Position numbers and translations under genes: made by a program. Shown one piece after another: positions 37,095 to 45,851 of a stretch of DNA of 64,000 nucleotides. The stretch's first letter is position 1. Every line of letters starts with the position of its first letter. The stretch is from positions 53,305-117,304 of the forward strand of contig CAZAOT010000002.1 in NCBI GenBank assembly GCA_964487045.1, in the 5' to 3' direction. Source of the DNA: an uncultured Candidatus Saccharibacteria bacterium. GTDB taxonomy: Bacteria > Patescibacteriota > UBA1384 > DTJR01. The notes under the pieces are model-generated. The model ran no database searches. It saw only the letters and a program-made list of their open reading frames with translations, and had not been told where the DNA came from.

Positions 37095-38480
37095 ATGAGA
37101 AGCACGATTCGCATAGCGACCGTAGTGCTAGTGCTGATGTATCTGGCATGTTCGGCCGCGATGTCGTTCGGGATCCTCGAGGGGTTGGCAATCTTCTCGG
37201 CTCTGGCCGGGAAGGGCGGCAAGCCTGAGCAGGTCACCGTAACCAAGGGTGAGATTTCCATGACGGCTACGCCAGTCATGGCGATCCCGACTGGGTTCGG
37301 TTTCAAGCTCCAGTCAATGACGTTCAACGTAACGGCTGGGACCGGGCTCGCTCCAGACTTCTATCATCCGGTTTTTCCTGTCTTGAAGTGCCTGGCACCC
37401 GATGGCAACCCCATCATGCTGGTACCAATTGACTGGCAACCGAATGGGAAGCCACTCCAGAATCTCCTCGTCACCCTCGACAACGAGCCAATCACGAAGG
37501 CTGTAGATGCTCGTTCACTCGTGGAGAACGAGGGTGCTTGGCTGCGACGAGCGATCCGCGAGGCCAACCGCGACCTTGGACGACAGTATGAAGATTCGAG
37601 CAACGTGCCCGACACCTTCTTCGAACCGTTCATCGCTATGTCAAAAGATGTCAAGCACTCCTTGACGGCTGACAAGCGCCACAACTTCAACAGTCCCACT
37701 GGAAGCGTCAACATGATGCTGGTCTTCCCGATGGGCAACCTCTTCTCGCGCCCGCATTTCGTCGCCTGCAACCTCAAGCAACCCGGCAAGGGAGATAACA
37801 GCTACAACTGCTCTTTCCATTTCCGGGTGCTCGATGAGCCGGTTGAAGTGCCGGCACCCTTCGAGTCGATCGTGCCCATGAACATTGACGGAAAGCTCTC
37901 GCAGCAGCAGATCACTCAGCCTGCACAGCAGGCTTCTGCACCGTCAGCTCAGGTAGCGGGCACCGCGGATAATCGCACTCTCGGAAGCGCGCCCCAACCT
38001 CAGCAACCGCAGTATCAGGCTCCGGCGCCCCAGCAGCAGGCCCCTCAGTACCAGCCGCCTGCCCAGCAATCACAGCCGAGTATTGCGACACCGCCAACGA
38101 TCGACAAGGCTGCGCAGTTCATCCTGCGCCCCGGCGATCAAGCATGGTGGAAGCCGTGCTCATGGGAGCGTCCGAGCAATTGGACGCCGGGTGATCATTG
38201 CTCGGTGGTCCTGTTCTTTCTGGACAGGAGGTACAACCTCCTGCACAGCGGGAACCTCGATGAACGGGACGTGGAGTGGTGGATCAACGGCGATCGGCAG
38301 GACATGAACTTGCCGTCGCATAACTCGATCACCTTTCCCGATCACACCCCGTCGTGCGGTGTGATCTATCAGCGCATGCCGTCAAACAGCGACATTACGT
38401 TGCTGTTCCGCGGCAAGCGCTACGGCTTCAGCACGACTCAGGCGAATATACTCTGGCGACCGATCATGGTCGCCGAGTAA
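37095..38480 (+). CDS. Secreted hypothetical protein with Pro/Gln-rich repeat (high-GC island)
   Basis: Signal peptide; low-complexity PQPQQPQYQAPAPQQQAPQYQPPAQQ block; GC about 60%; SD AAGGAGG. Confidence 0.6.
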   Translation: MRSTIRIATVVLVLMYLACSAAMSFGILEGLAIFSALAGKGGKPEQVTVTKGEISMTATPVMAIPTGFGFKLQSMTFNVTAGTGLAPDFYHPVFPVLKCLAPDGNPIMLVPIDWQPNGKPLQNLLVTLDNEPITKAVDARSLVENEGAWLRRAIREANRDLGRQYEDSSNVPDTFFEPFIAMSKDVKHSLTADKRHNFNSPTGSVNMMLVFPMGNLFSRPHFVACNLKQPGKGDNSYNCSFHFRVLDEPVEVPAPFESIVPMNIDGKLSQQQITQPAQQASAPSAQVAGTADNRTLGSAPQPQQPQYQAPAPQQQAPQYQPPAQQSQPSIATPPTIDKAAQFILRPGDQAWWKPCSWERPSNWTPGDHCSVVLFFLDRRYNLLHSGNLDERDVEWWINGDRQDMNLPSHNSITFPDHTPSCGVIYQRMPSNSDITLLFRGKRYGFSTTQANILWRPIMVAE

Positions 38481-38511
38481 TCCGGCGAAAGCCAAGGAGG
38501 ATTGAGAGAAA

Positions 38512-39669
38512 ATGAAGACACTGATGCTTGTTGTACTGCTACTCACGGCCTCTCTGGGCTTCGCCCAGAGTGAGCCGAACTCGAGCACGCCGCCTGTGAC
38601 CGAGCAGGTCCAGGCGACCACGACGACTACGACAGCGACGGCTACGGCGACGAGTACAACGCCCGCGCCGACCGCAGTGACCACACAACCGGTAACGGTG
38701 ACATTCGACGTCACCGTCCCGATCAGCACCCCCTTGAAAGGGGGAGTTGCGAGTGGGCTAGTTGTCAACCGGACACGCCCGCTCACGAGAGCGGAGTCTG
38801 AGTTCCTCAAGACCGTTCCGAATGGCAAAGACTCGGACGGACAGAGCTACCGTGACCTGATCGAAGTCGCATTCCGATCCGGCATCGCCCACGCCGAGAC
38901 GGCGCCTAGCTACGGCACCGTCGACAACAATGGTGTCGTATACGACTACTCGTATTACTGCCGGCTCGTTCAGCCGGCGGATGCGAGTAAGCCCGTCACC
39001 GGCAGGGTCGAAGACACCTTACACGGGACCGCGACTGGGACGATCAATGTCCCGGTCATCACCGTCAAGGGCGCAGATGGCGCTCCCGGCAGGCCCGGCG
39101 AGACGGTGTACGTCCAGCCTGCGCCGGCTCCGCAGCCTGTCTGCCAGCAGCAGGCCCCGGCGCAGTACTGCCCGCCCCCGCCTCCGCCCCAGCGCGTGCT
39201 GTTCTACACAGTACCGAAGGACCCGTATGGCTCTCCGGTGGTCGCCCAGAACAATGGGTGCAACCAGCAGAGTGCCTACATCCCACAGTACAACGCGTGG
39301 GATCGGCTTGGGCAGGTGCTTCTTCCGTTCGCACTCAAGCCTGAGCCCAACAATTGGAGCTGGTCCACCGTGATCAGCAATGGGAGTTCGTCCAACTCCA
39401 ACGCCACCAACAACAACTCCAACACCGCCTACGGCGGAGCGGGAGGAGCAGGTGGGCAAGGAGGTAGCTCCTGGTCGAATAGCCAGGGCGGCAACGCCTG
39501 GCAGAATCAGGGCCAGGGGATGATGCAGGGTCAGTGGACCCTGAACGACATCACCAACACACTCAACAATATAAATGATTGGCTGAACGCCAATCAGAAC
39601 ACCCTCAACGGTGGCGATCAGACCACCGGAGTGGGGGTGACAACGAATACCGGGGTCGCCGTGCACTAG
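38512..39669 (+). CDS. Secreted hypothetical protein with poly-Thr linker, Pro/Gln-rich and Gly/Asn/Ser-rich segments, and a C-terminal TLNN..W..NTLNGG.QTT module
   Basis: Signal peptide (LTASLGFAQSEP); SD AAGGAGG; GC about 62%; C-terminal 45 aa homologous to aa 67-103 of the adjacent LPXTG protein. Confidence 0.6.
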   Translation: MKTLMLVVLLLTASLGFAQSEPNSSTPPVTEQVQATTTTTTATATATSTTPAPTAVTTQPVTVTFDVTVPISTPLKGGVASGLVVNRTRPLTRAESEFLKTVPNGKDSDGQSYRDLIEVAFRSGIAHAETAPSYGTVDNNGVVYDYSYYCRLVQPADASKPVTGRVEDTLHGTATGTINVPVITVKGADGAPGRPGETVYVQPAPAPQPVCQQQAPAQYCPPPPPPQRVLFYTVPKDPYGSPVVAQNNGCNQQSAYIPQYNAWDRLGQVLLPFALKPEPNNWSWSTVISNGSSSNSNATNNNSNTAYGGAGGAGGQGGSSWSNSQGGNAWQNQGQGMMQGQWTLNDITNTLNNINDWLNANQNTLNGGDQTTGVGVTTNTGVAVH

Positions 39670-39699
39670 TTGCACATACGACCCCCACGACCTCATCAC

Positions 39700-39733
39700 T
39701 TGGAGCGGCGGGACTAAACTCCCGCCGCTCCAA
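39700..39733. terminator. Perfect 14-bp-stem hairpin at the 3' edge of the high-GC island
   Basis: TTGGAGCGGCGGGA-CTAAAC-TCCCGCCGCTCCAA. Confidence 0.7.
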
Positions 39734-39871
39734 TAGACTTTTCTAAATTTCACACCATTGACTTTTTCTTCAGAATTTGCTTCAATTGACCACAAATAAG
39801 CAATATCCAAGAAGCAGTCAATGCTTTAGAAAAATAATTAGTTCCCCGAGAATGTGGGGGAAGGGAGATAT

Positions 39872-40723
39872 ATGAAAAAAGGATATACAATCCTTTTAGG
39901 AGCAGCTGTTCTGACCCTTGTCGGCGGGACAGTAACGTTTGCAACTTCTGCAGACGAGATTATTAATGGTGTCTTCGCTGAGACCGGGATTGAGCAAAAT
40001 CAAACCCAGTGGCAGTGGCAAGATCAGGAGCAATTTCAGGCTCAGATCCAAGAATCCATTAATAATAACGAGAATACACTCAACAATACGAATGAGTGGA
40101 CAAATACTAATACCAACACTCTAAATGGTGGGAATCAAACCACCAACGTTGGTATAGTAAATAACACCGCTGTCGCAGTAGACAATGGCGGTGGATCTGG
40201 ATCAAGTGATGACAACGGCGGAGCCGCTGCATCAACTGGTGGAGCCGTGTCAGTAGGTAGCGACGAAAATGGAAATAGCGGAGTTGCTGTTTCTGGAAAC
40301 GCTGCTGCTGCAGCTGGTAATGCCGCTGCTACCGGAACAGGTGCCGCACAAAATGGCGGAACAGGTGGTCAGCAAGCAACAACTGGCGTAGGAGTCGCAG
40401 CTGGAGAAAATGCAGCTGCTTCATCTGCTTCACAAACTGGAACAAACAACGGCTCAAGCGCTGCTGCCTCAACTGGCAACAGCTCAGCCGCTGCTTCAAC
40501 CGGATCAAATGGAACTTCAGCTACAACCACTTCAGGTGGACAAAAAGTAGCTCTAGCTCAGCCAGAGCAAAAAGTTGCTCAGGCTGTGAAAAGTTCTGGA
40601 ACCTTGCCAAAGACAGGTATTCCAGCAGCCGTTCCAGCACTAGGCTCGCTTGCAATTGGAGCAATATCTACAGTAGCATTAGCTGCTCGAAGAAAGTTTC
40701 AGTTCATTAAAGAAAACCTATAA
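39872..40723 (+). CDS. LPXTG-anchored surface protein (sortase substrate), Ala/Gly/Ser-rich
   Basis: Signal peptide; C-terminal LPKTG, then hydrophobic stretch and ARRKF tail; GGGAGA RBS. Confidence 0.7.
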   Translation: MKKGYTILLGAAVLTLVGGTVTFATSADEIINGVFAETGIEQNQTQWQWQDQEQFQAQIQESINNNENTLNNTNEWTNTNTNTLNGGNQTTNVGIVNNTAVAVDNGGGSGSSDDNGGAAASTGGAVSVGSDENGNSGVAVSGNAAAAAGNAAATGTGAAQNGGTGGQQATTGVGVAAGENAAASSASQTGTNNGSSAAASTGNSSAAASTGSNGTSATTTSGGQKVALAQPEQKVAQAVKSSGTLPKTGIPAAVPALGSLAIGAISTVALAARRKFQFIKENL

Positions 40724-40892
40724 TTCAGCACTATAAATAGGCAAAAATCCCCAGGTAAAACTGGGGATTTTTGTTTGTATTAAAACCAGACTATCAAATC
40801 ATCAAATTTTAAAATCCAAATTACTAAAAAAAATACCAAATATTAAATTTATAAAACTTTAAAAATCAATCGTTATCAGGTATAATACGGGC

Positions 40893-41861
40893 ATGGAAAA
40901 GCAAGAGCTGGGCAAGCTTCTCAAAATCGAGGATAAGAAAGTCGAAGCCAAAACGATTGAAGAGGAGATGGCGTCGGCTAATTTTTGGTCAGATCAGCAA
41001 GAAGCTACAAAAAAAAGTCAAAGGCTTACTTATCTAAACAATGTAATTGGCAATTTTGACAAAGCTAACGACGAGGAAAGCTTAAAAGGCCTAGAGATAG
41101 AAGCTTTATATACTGGCGAATATGACCATATGGGGGCGATCCTCTCGATTCACGCTGGTGCAGGTGGAACAGAAGCCCAAGATTGGGCCGAGATGCTAGA
41201 GAGAATGTATTTAAGATATTCTGAAAAGAATAATTATAAGGCAGAGATATTAGATCAGTCACTAGGGGAAGAAGCGGGGATTAAATCGGCTGAGCTTAGA
41301 ATCGAAGGTGTAAATGCTTATGGCAACCTTAAAACAGAGTCTGGGGTGCATAGGTTAGTGCGAATAAGCCCATTTGATGCCGATAAAGCTAGACATACTT
41401 CTTTTGCCCTTGTTGAAGTAATTCCAGAATTCGATGAGCTCCAAGACATTCAAATAGAAGACAAGGATTTAAAAATCGACGTTTTCCGAGCTTCCGGACA
41501 TGGCGGTCAATCAGTTAATACTACAGATTCAGCAGTCAGAATCACTCATTTACCAAGCAAGATTGTTGTATCCTGTCAAAATGAACGATCGCAAGTACAA
41601 AATAGAGAAGTGGCAATGAAGGTCTTGAAAATAAAACTAAAAAAATTAGAATTAGACGAACGGAAAAAGAAAGAGCAAGGTCTTCGAGGAGAACATACCT
41701 CTGCCGAGTGGGGCAATCAGATCAGATCATACGTATTGCAGCCATATCAGCAGGTTAAAGATCATCGAACCGACTTCACCAGCTCGAACCCTACGGAAGT
41801 TCTAAATGGTGAACTAAACGGATTTATACAAGCTTATTTAAGAAAGTTAAAAAATAGTTAA
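40893..41861 (+). CDS. prfB: Peptide chain release factor 2, encoded without programmed frameshift
   Basis: SPF tripeptide (RISPFDADKARHTSFALVEV) and GGQ motif (ASGHGGQSVN). No CTTTGAC shift site upstream. TATAAT at 40881-40886 only 6 nt before the ATG. Confidence 0.85.
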   Translation: MEKQELGKLLKIEDKKVEAKTIEEEMASANFWSDQQEATKKSQRLTYLNNVIGNFDKANDEESLKGLEIEALYTGEYDHMGAILSIHAGAGGTEAQDWAEMLERMYLRYSEKNNYKAEILDQSLGEEAGIKSAELRIEGVNAYGNLKTESGVHRLVRISPFDADKARHTSFALVEVIPEFDELQDIQIEDKDLKIDVFRASGHGGQSVNTTDSAVRITHLPSKIVVSCQNERSQVQNREVAMKVLKIKLKKLELDERKKKEQGLRGEHTSAEWGNQIRSYVLQPYQQVKDHRTDFTSSNPTEVLNGELNGFIQAYLRKLKNS

Positions 41862-41877
41862 TCTATAGGGAGTAAAA

Positions 41878-42183
41878 ATGTTTGATAAAGCAAAAGAAAT
41901 CTACCAATTGCAGAAGAAAGCCAAGGACATTCAAAAAGAGCTGAAAAATACTGAGGTTGAGGCTCAAAGTTCAGATGGATCAATTACGATCGTTTTTACT
42001 GCTGATCAAAAAATTAAATCGATCGAGCTAAGCGAAACTGCGCTTGGAAGCATGAACAAGAGAGAATTAGAAGATAAATTAGTCAAAGTAATTGCTGAAG
42101 CACTATCCAGAACCCAAGCTGTTGCAGCTGAAAAAACCAAAGGACTTATGTCTGAAATGGGACTTAATATCCCTGGAATGTGA
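41878..42183 (+). CDS. ybaB: Nucleoid-associated protein YbaB/EbfC
   Basis: 101 aa with the characteristic MFDKAKEIYQLQKKAKDIQKEL...GSITIVFTADQKI pattern. Confidence 0.8.
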   Translation: MFDKAKEIYQLQKKAKDIQKELKNTEVEAQSSDGSITIVFTADQKIKSIELSETALGSMNKRELEDKLVKVIAEALSRTQAVAAEKTKGLMSEMGLNIPGM

Positions 42184-42284
42184 CACGGCAGTGTTATCCT
42201 GAGCGCTTCTGTAAATTCAGCAGAATTTTCAGAAAGCCGAAGGATTAAAGAGAAAAATAGCAAAATAGAGAGCAAAGGAAAAAT

Positions 42285-42836
42285 ATGTATCTAATCGTCG
42301 GGCTGGGAAATCCCGGGCAAGAGTACGAGAAGACTAGGCACAATGTCGGCTTTATGGTTTTAGATAAACTGACCAAAGAAATTGATTCAAGCAGCTTCCA
42401 TCATGACAAAAAGCATAAAGGCGAAATAGCAAAAGTTCGGCTAGGGGAACACGAAATAATTCTGCTCAAACCTCACACTTATATGAATCTTTCTGGAGAG
42501 TCTTTGGCATCAGTTGCTAAATATTATGAAATCGATCCCGAAAAAACTATTGTTATATCAGATGATGTTAATCTCGAATTAGGGCAGATAAGAGTCAGAT
42601 ATTCCGGCGAGGCAGGAGGGCACAAAGGCCTTGGATCAATTATTTCACATGCAGGACTAGATTTCTGGCGAATCAGAGTCGGTATAGGACAAAGCGATCA
42701 GATACCACTCGAAGACTATGTACTTCAAAAATTCTCAGACGATGAGAATAAAATTATCAATGAGTCAATTGACAAAATAACCACTTATCTGATAAAATCA
42801 CTCTCTAGTGAAGACTTGGAAAATATCACTTTATAA
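42285..42836 (+). CDS. pth: Peptidyl-tRNA hydrolase
   Basis: LIVGLGNPGQEYEKTRHNVGF N-terminal signature. Confidence 0.9.
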   Translation: MYLIVGLGNPGQEYEKTRHNVGFMVLDKLTKEIDSSSFHHDKKHKGEIAKVRLGEHEIILLKPHTYMNLSGESLASVAKYYEIDPEKTIVISDDVNLELGQIRVRYSGEAGGHKGLGSIISHAGLDFWRIRVGIGQSDQIPLEDYVLQKFSDDENKIINESIDKITTYLIKSLSSEDLENITL

Positions 42837-42920
42837 AAAATAATCTTAGCAGGACCCGTTCGACTCGCAATGCTCGCTCAGGGCAGGGCGTCGCCGGGGA
42901 TTGTACTGCGAAAGGAAACA

Positions 42921-43781
42921 ATGGCAAAAGCAAAGAAAGAAATGTCCTCATCAGAGGAAACGGAGCTCGATAAGGAAATCGCAGGCGACCAGGAATCTCA
43001 TTCTTCGCAAGAGATCTCTCTTGAGGATGACCAAAAAGAAACGGAGACTGAGGAGCAAGTAGCATCTGAAGAAGCTGCAATAAATACTGATAACGACACT
43101 GCCAAAGAAGCGAATAAGGCTGAAAAAACTAGTAAAAAGACTACAAAAGCGAAACAAAGCAAACAGGCTAAGAAGTCAAAAATCAAAAAGTCAAAATCTA
43201 AGAAATACCAAGAAACTATCAAGGAATTCGACAAGAACAAAGAGCATACGATCGAAGATGCAATCAAATTAGTAAAGACACTATCATACTCGAAATTCGA
43301 TGGAACCATCACGCTTGACGTAAAGCTCTCTAAAGCTAAGAAGGGCGATGATGCTATCAGAGGAACAGTCAAATTGCCTCACTCTACTGGCAAGTCATCT
43401 AACGTCGTTGTTATAACTGAAGAGCTTATCGAGAAGATCAAAGGTGGATACTCTGACTTTGATGTCCTCATCACAAGTCCAGATATGATGCCAAAGCTTG
43501 CACAAGTAGCAAAAATACTTGGACCAAAGGGTAAAATGCCTAATCCAAAAGATGGAACTGTAGTTGCTGATCCTGAGGAAGCAGCTAAAGAAATCAGCCT
43601 TACCGCAAGATACAGAATGGATGCTGGACGAAATCTTCATATCGCTGTCGGAAAAGTCTCATTTGAAGAAAATGTACTTGCTGAAAATACTAGAGCAGTA
43701 CTCAAAGCTCTAGCTCATCTAAAGAAAGATGCAGCCTATCTCAGCCCAACCATGGGACCAGGCGTGAAGATTAGTCTGTAA
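42921..43781 (+). CDS. rplA: 50S ribosomal protein L1 with ~100-aa K/E/S-rich N-terminal extension
   Basis: C-terminal 200 aa match L1 (GTVKLPHSTGKSSNVVVIT, ILGPKGKMPNPKDGTV). AAAGGA RBS before the ATG at 42921. Confidence 0.75.
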   Translation: MAKAKKEMSSSEETELDKEIAGDQESHSSQEISLEDDQKETETEEQVASEEAAINTDNDTAKEANKAEKTSKKTTKAKQSKQAKKSKIKKSKSKKYQETIKEFDKNKEHTIEDAIKLVKTLSYSKFDGTITLDVKLSKAKKGDDAIRGTVKLPHSTGKSSNVVVITEELIEKIKGGYSDFDVLITSPDMMPKLAQVAKILGPKGKMPNPKDGTVVADPEEAAKEISLTARYRMDAGRNLHIAVGKVSFEENVLAENTRAVLKALAHLKKDAAYLSPTMGPGVKISL

Positions 43782-43797
43782 ATAATTACGAATTAGC

Positions 43798-43826
43798 TGA
43801 AAAAAGGCCCTTTAGGGCCTTTTTTC
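43798..43826. terminator. Intrinsic terminator after rplA
   Basis: AGGCCC-TTTA-GGGCCT followed by TTTTT. Confidence 0.75.
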
Positions 43827-44099
43827 ATATATCATAATAATTTTCCTTTAACAAAAGTCGATTTTGCGCTTCGAGAGGCCGATTCTAGCGAAGCGATTTT
43901 CGGAGTGTCTCAGAAAGCAAAATCGTCTTTTGGGCGAGCAGGGGTAAGGAATTATTAAAACCATAGGGGGCCGCTTCAAGAGTAGGCCCCCTTTGGTTTT
44001 GATATAACAGCAGCTTTTGCTGCTAGAAAGTATTTTAAAATACCTTATCCAAAAGAGGTCATGGGTTGACTTTTGGGGTGTTTTGTGCTATACTACTCG

Positions 44100-44514
44100 G
44101 TTACGATTTAGGGGGATTACCTCCGACAATCGAGCATGTTTGACAGGGAGGGTTTTTCCTTGAAAAAGCTTATGGAGTTCTTGTTCACCTGGAGGCAGAG
44201 CCGGATCATCCGGCGGCGTCTCCGGCAGTACTGCCCGCGAATCGCGGAGCAGAGCGTCAAGCGTGTGTTCGACCTGTTTCCTGGCTGCTAGCCGCCCCTG
44301 GAGCCGACACCTTCGCCGCAAGGTGACTGTGTCGGCTCCGCCACACTTTCAAGCGTTGACATCAAACGCTTTTTTTAGTACTATATTTCTAGTCAAAGAC
44401 AGCTGGGACCGAAAGGTTTAAACCATAACCCTGCCGAGACAAAACAAATTGGATTTTATTGTTTTGTTTACGACGTCTTTGCACGTCGTATTTATTTATA
44501 AAAAGTAATTAAGG
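44100..44514 (+). promoter_or_regulatory. Candidate ribosomal protein L10 leader (rplJ 5' UTR autoregulatory RNA) with attenuator
   Basis: ~250-nt GC-rich patch in an AT-rich spacer. Strong helices: GCCGACACCTT-CGCCGC-AAGGTG..GTGTCGGC and AAGCGTT-GACATCA-AACGCTT plus T7 (44351-44377), then ACGACGT-CTTTGC-ACGTCGT just before rplJ. Confidence 0.4.
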
Positions 44515-45036
44515 ATGCAGATGGTATTAACAAAAGAGAAAAAGACAGAGTTACTTGGTACGCTGAAGACTCTTTTCTCTGAATCTGGAGCTTCAATCGC
44601 CTCAGATTATTCTGGATTATCAAATAAAGAGCTTACAGAGCTTCGAAAATCCATGAAAGAGAAGGGGATTAGACTAGTTGTTACCAAGAACACTTTAGCT
44701 CGAAAGGTTATAAAAGAGCTAAATTTGGATATAGATGATGAAATCCTTGATAAACCGGTTATTTTTGCCTTTGGAGAAGATGAGGTCGAGACGGCAAAAA
44801 GCCTTTCTGCATTTGCCAAAGAGCATGACAAGCTAGAAGTTCTAGGTGGTATAGTTCAAGGCGAAATTGCCGACAAGTCAAAAGTCACGATTCTCGCGCT
44901 TCTTCCTGGAAGGGCAGAGCTCGAAGCCAAACTTGTTGGAATATTGGCCGCACCAACTTATGGGCTTGTAAACGTCCTTCACGGCAATATCAGAGGATTA
45001 GTCAATGTTTTGGGTCAAATTAGAGATAATAAATAA
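44515..45036 (+). CDS. rplJ: 50S ribosomal protein L10
   Basis: L10 N-terminal pattern (KEKKTELLGTLKTLFSESGASIASDYSGLSNKELTELR) and 173 aa. Confidence 0.9.
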   Translation: MQMVLTKEKKTELLGTLKTLFSESGASIASDYSGLSNKELTELRKSMKEKGIRLVVTKNTLARKVIKELNLDIDDEILDKPVIFAFGEDEVETAKSLSAFAKEHDKLEVLGGIVQGEIADKSKVTILALLPGRAELEAKLVGILAAPTYGLVNVLHGNIRGLVNVLGQIRDNK

Positions 45037-45110
45037 TTAATTAATATAATCCCGATTAGATATTACCGACTCCTTCGGAGTCAGATATCTAACGGGACAA
45101 GGGAGATAAC

Positions 45111-45683
45111 ATGGCAGACGAAGAAACAAAAGTCGAAGAAGCTGTAGAAACCCCAGCAGAAGAAAAAGCTGAAGAAACTACAGAAGAAGTAAAAGAGGAA
45201 GCTCCTAAGGCTGAAGAAAAAGTCGAAGAAGCTTCCGACACCGCTGAAGCTACGCCGGACAAGCCTAAAGCAGAAGTAAAAGAAGAAAAAGCCGAACCAA
45301 CCGGTAAATTTGCTGACATGATCAAGCAAATTGAAGAAATGAAGGTTGCTGATCTCGCTGAGCTTGTAAAAGCTCTAGAGGACAGATTCGGTGTATCTGC
45401 CGCTATGCCTATGGCAGTAGCTGGTGCAGGTGCTGCAGCTGGAGCTGCTGGAGCTGAGGCTGAAGAGAAGTCAAGCTACACAGTCATGCTTAAGGATGGT
45501 GGCGCTCAAAAGATCGCTGTCATCAAGGCTGTTCGAGAAATCAACCAAGAACTAGGTCTTAAAGAGGCCAAGGACTTAGTTGACGGCGCTCCTAAGGAAG
45601 TCAAAAAAGATGTTCCTAAAGCCGATGCAGAAGAAGCCAAGAAAAAACTCGAAGCTGCTGGTGCAACTGTTGAGTTGATATAA
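45111..45683 (+). CDS. rplL: 50S ribosomal protein L7/L12 with ~65-aa acidic N-terminal extension
   Basis: C-terminal domain [35 protein letters not shown]...[13 protein letters not shown]; Ala/Gly hinge; preceded by an unusual E/K-rich extension. Confidence 0.85.
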   Translation: MADEETKVEEAVETPAEEKAEETTEEVKEEAPKAEEKVEEASDTAEATPDKPKAEVKEEKAEPTGKFADMIKQIEEMKVADLAELVKALEDRFGVSAAMPMAVAGAGAAAGAAGAEAEEKSSYTVMLKDGGAQKIAVIKAVREINQELGLKEAKDLVDGAPKEVKKDVPKADAEEAKKKLEAAGATVELI

Positions 45684-45851
45684 AATAGCTCTTTAAAACT
45701 ACTCGCCCTCGCTAGCCCAAAAGGTTGGTGAGGGCGTTTAGTTAAGACTCAAAGATCAAAATTACAATGTCAAACAAAATCACAAGCTCAAAGCATCGAT
45801 TTGGTTCTTTGGTATTTGATATTTGTTGGAACTTTGAACTTAGGATTTTTT

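Noticed and set aside
38382-39810. Long minus-strand ORFs (38382-38828, 39019-39810, 39065-39334) and the plus-strand ORF 38930-39373 inside the high-GC island
   Set aside because: They overlap the well-supported plus-strand secreted-protein genes and are Arg/Pro/Gly-rich, as expected for stop-codon-poor antisense or off-frames in about 60% GC DNA.
44128-44140. 13-mer TTTGACAGGGAGG shared between 44128 and 62908, both just upstream of GC-rich small ORFs
   Set aside because: Dozens of chance-shared 13-mers are expected in a 64-kb sequence. The flanks show no extended similarity. It is noted only because both include a GGGAGG RBS.
45081-45329. Minus-strand ORFs antisense to rplL (45081-45329, 45089-45325)
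   Set aside because: Antisense to a ribosomal protein gene in a GAA/GCT-repeat region; the low-complexity translation is an artefact.
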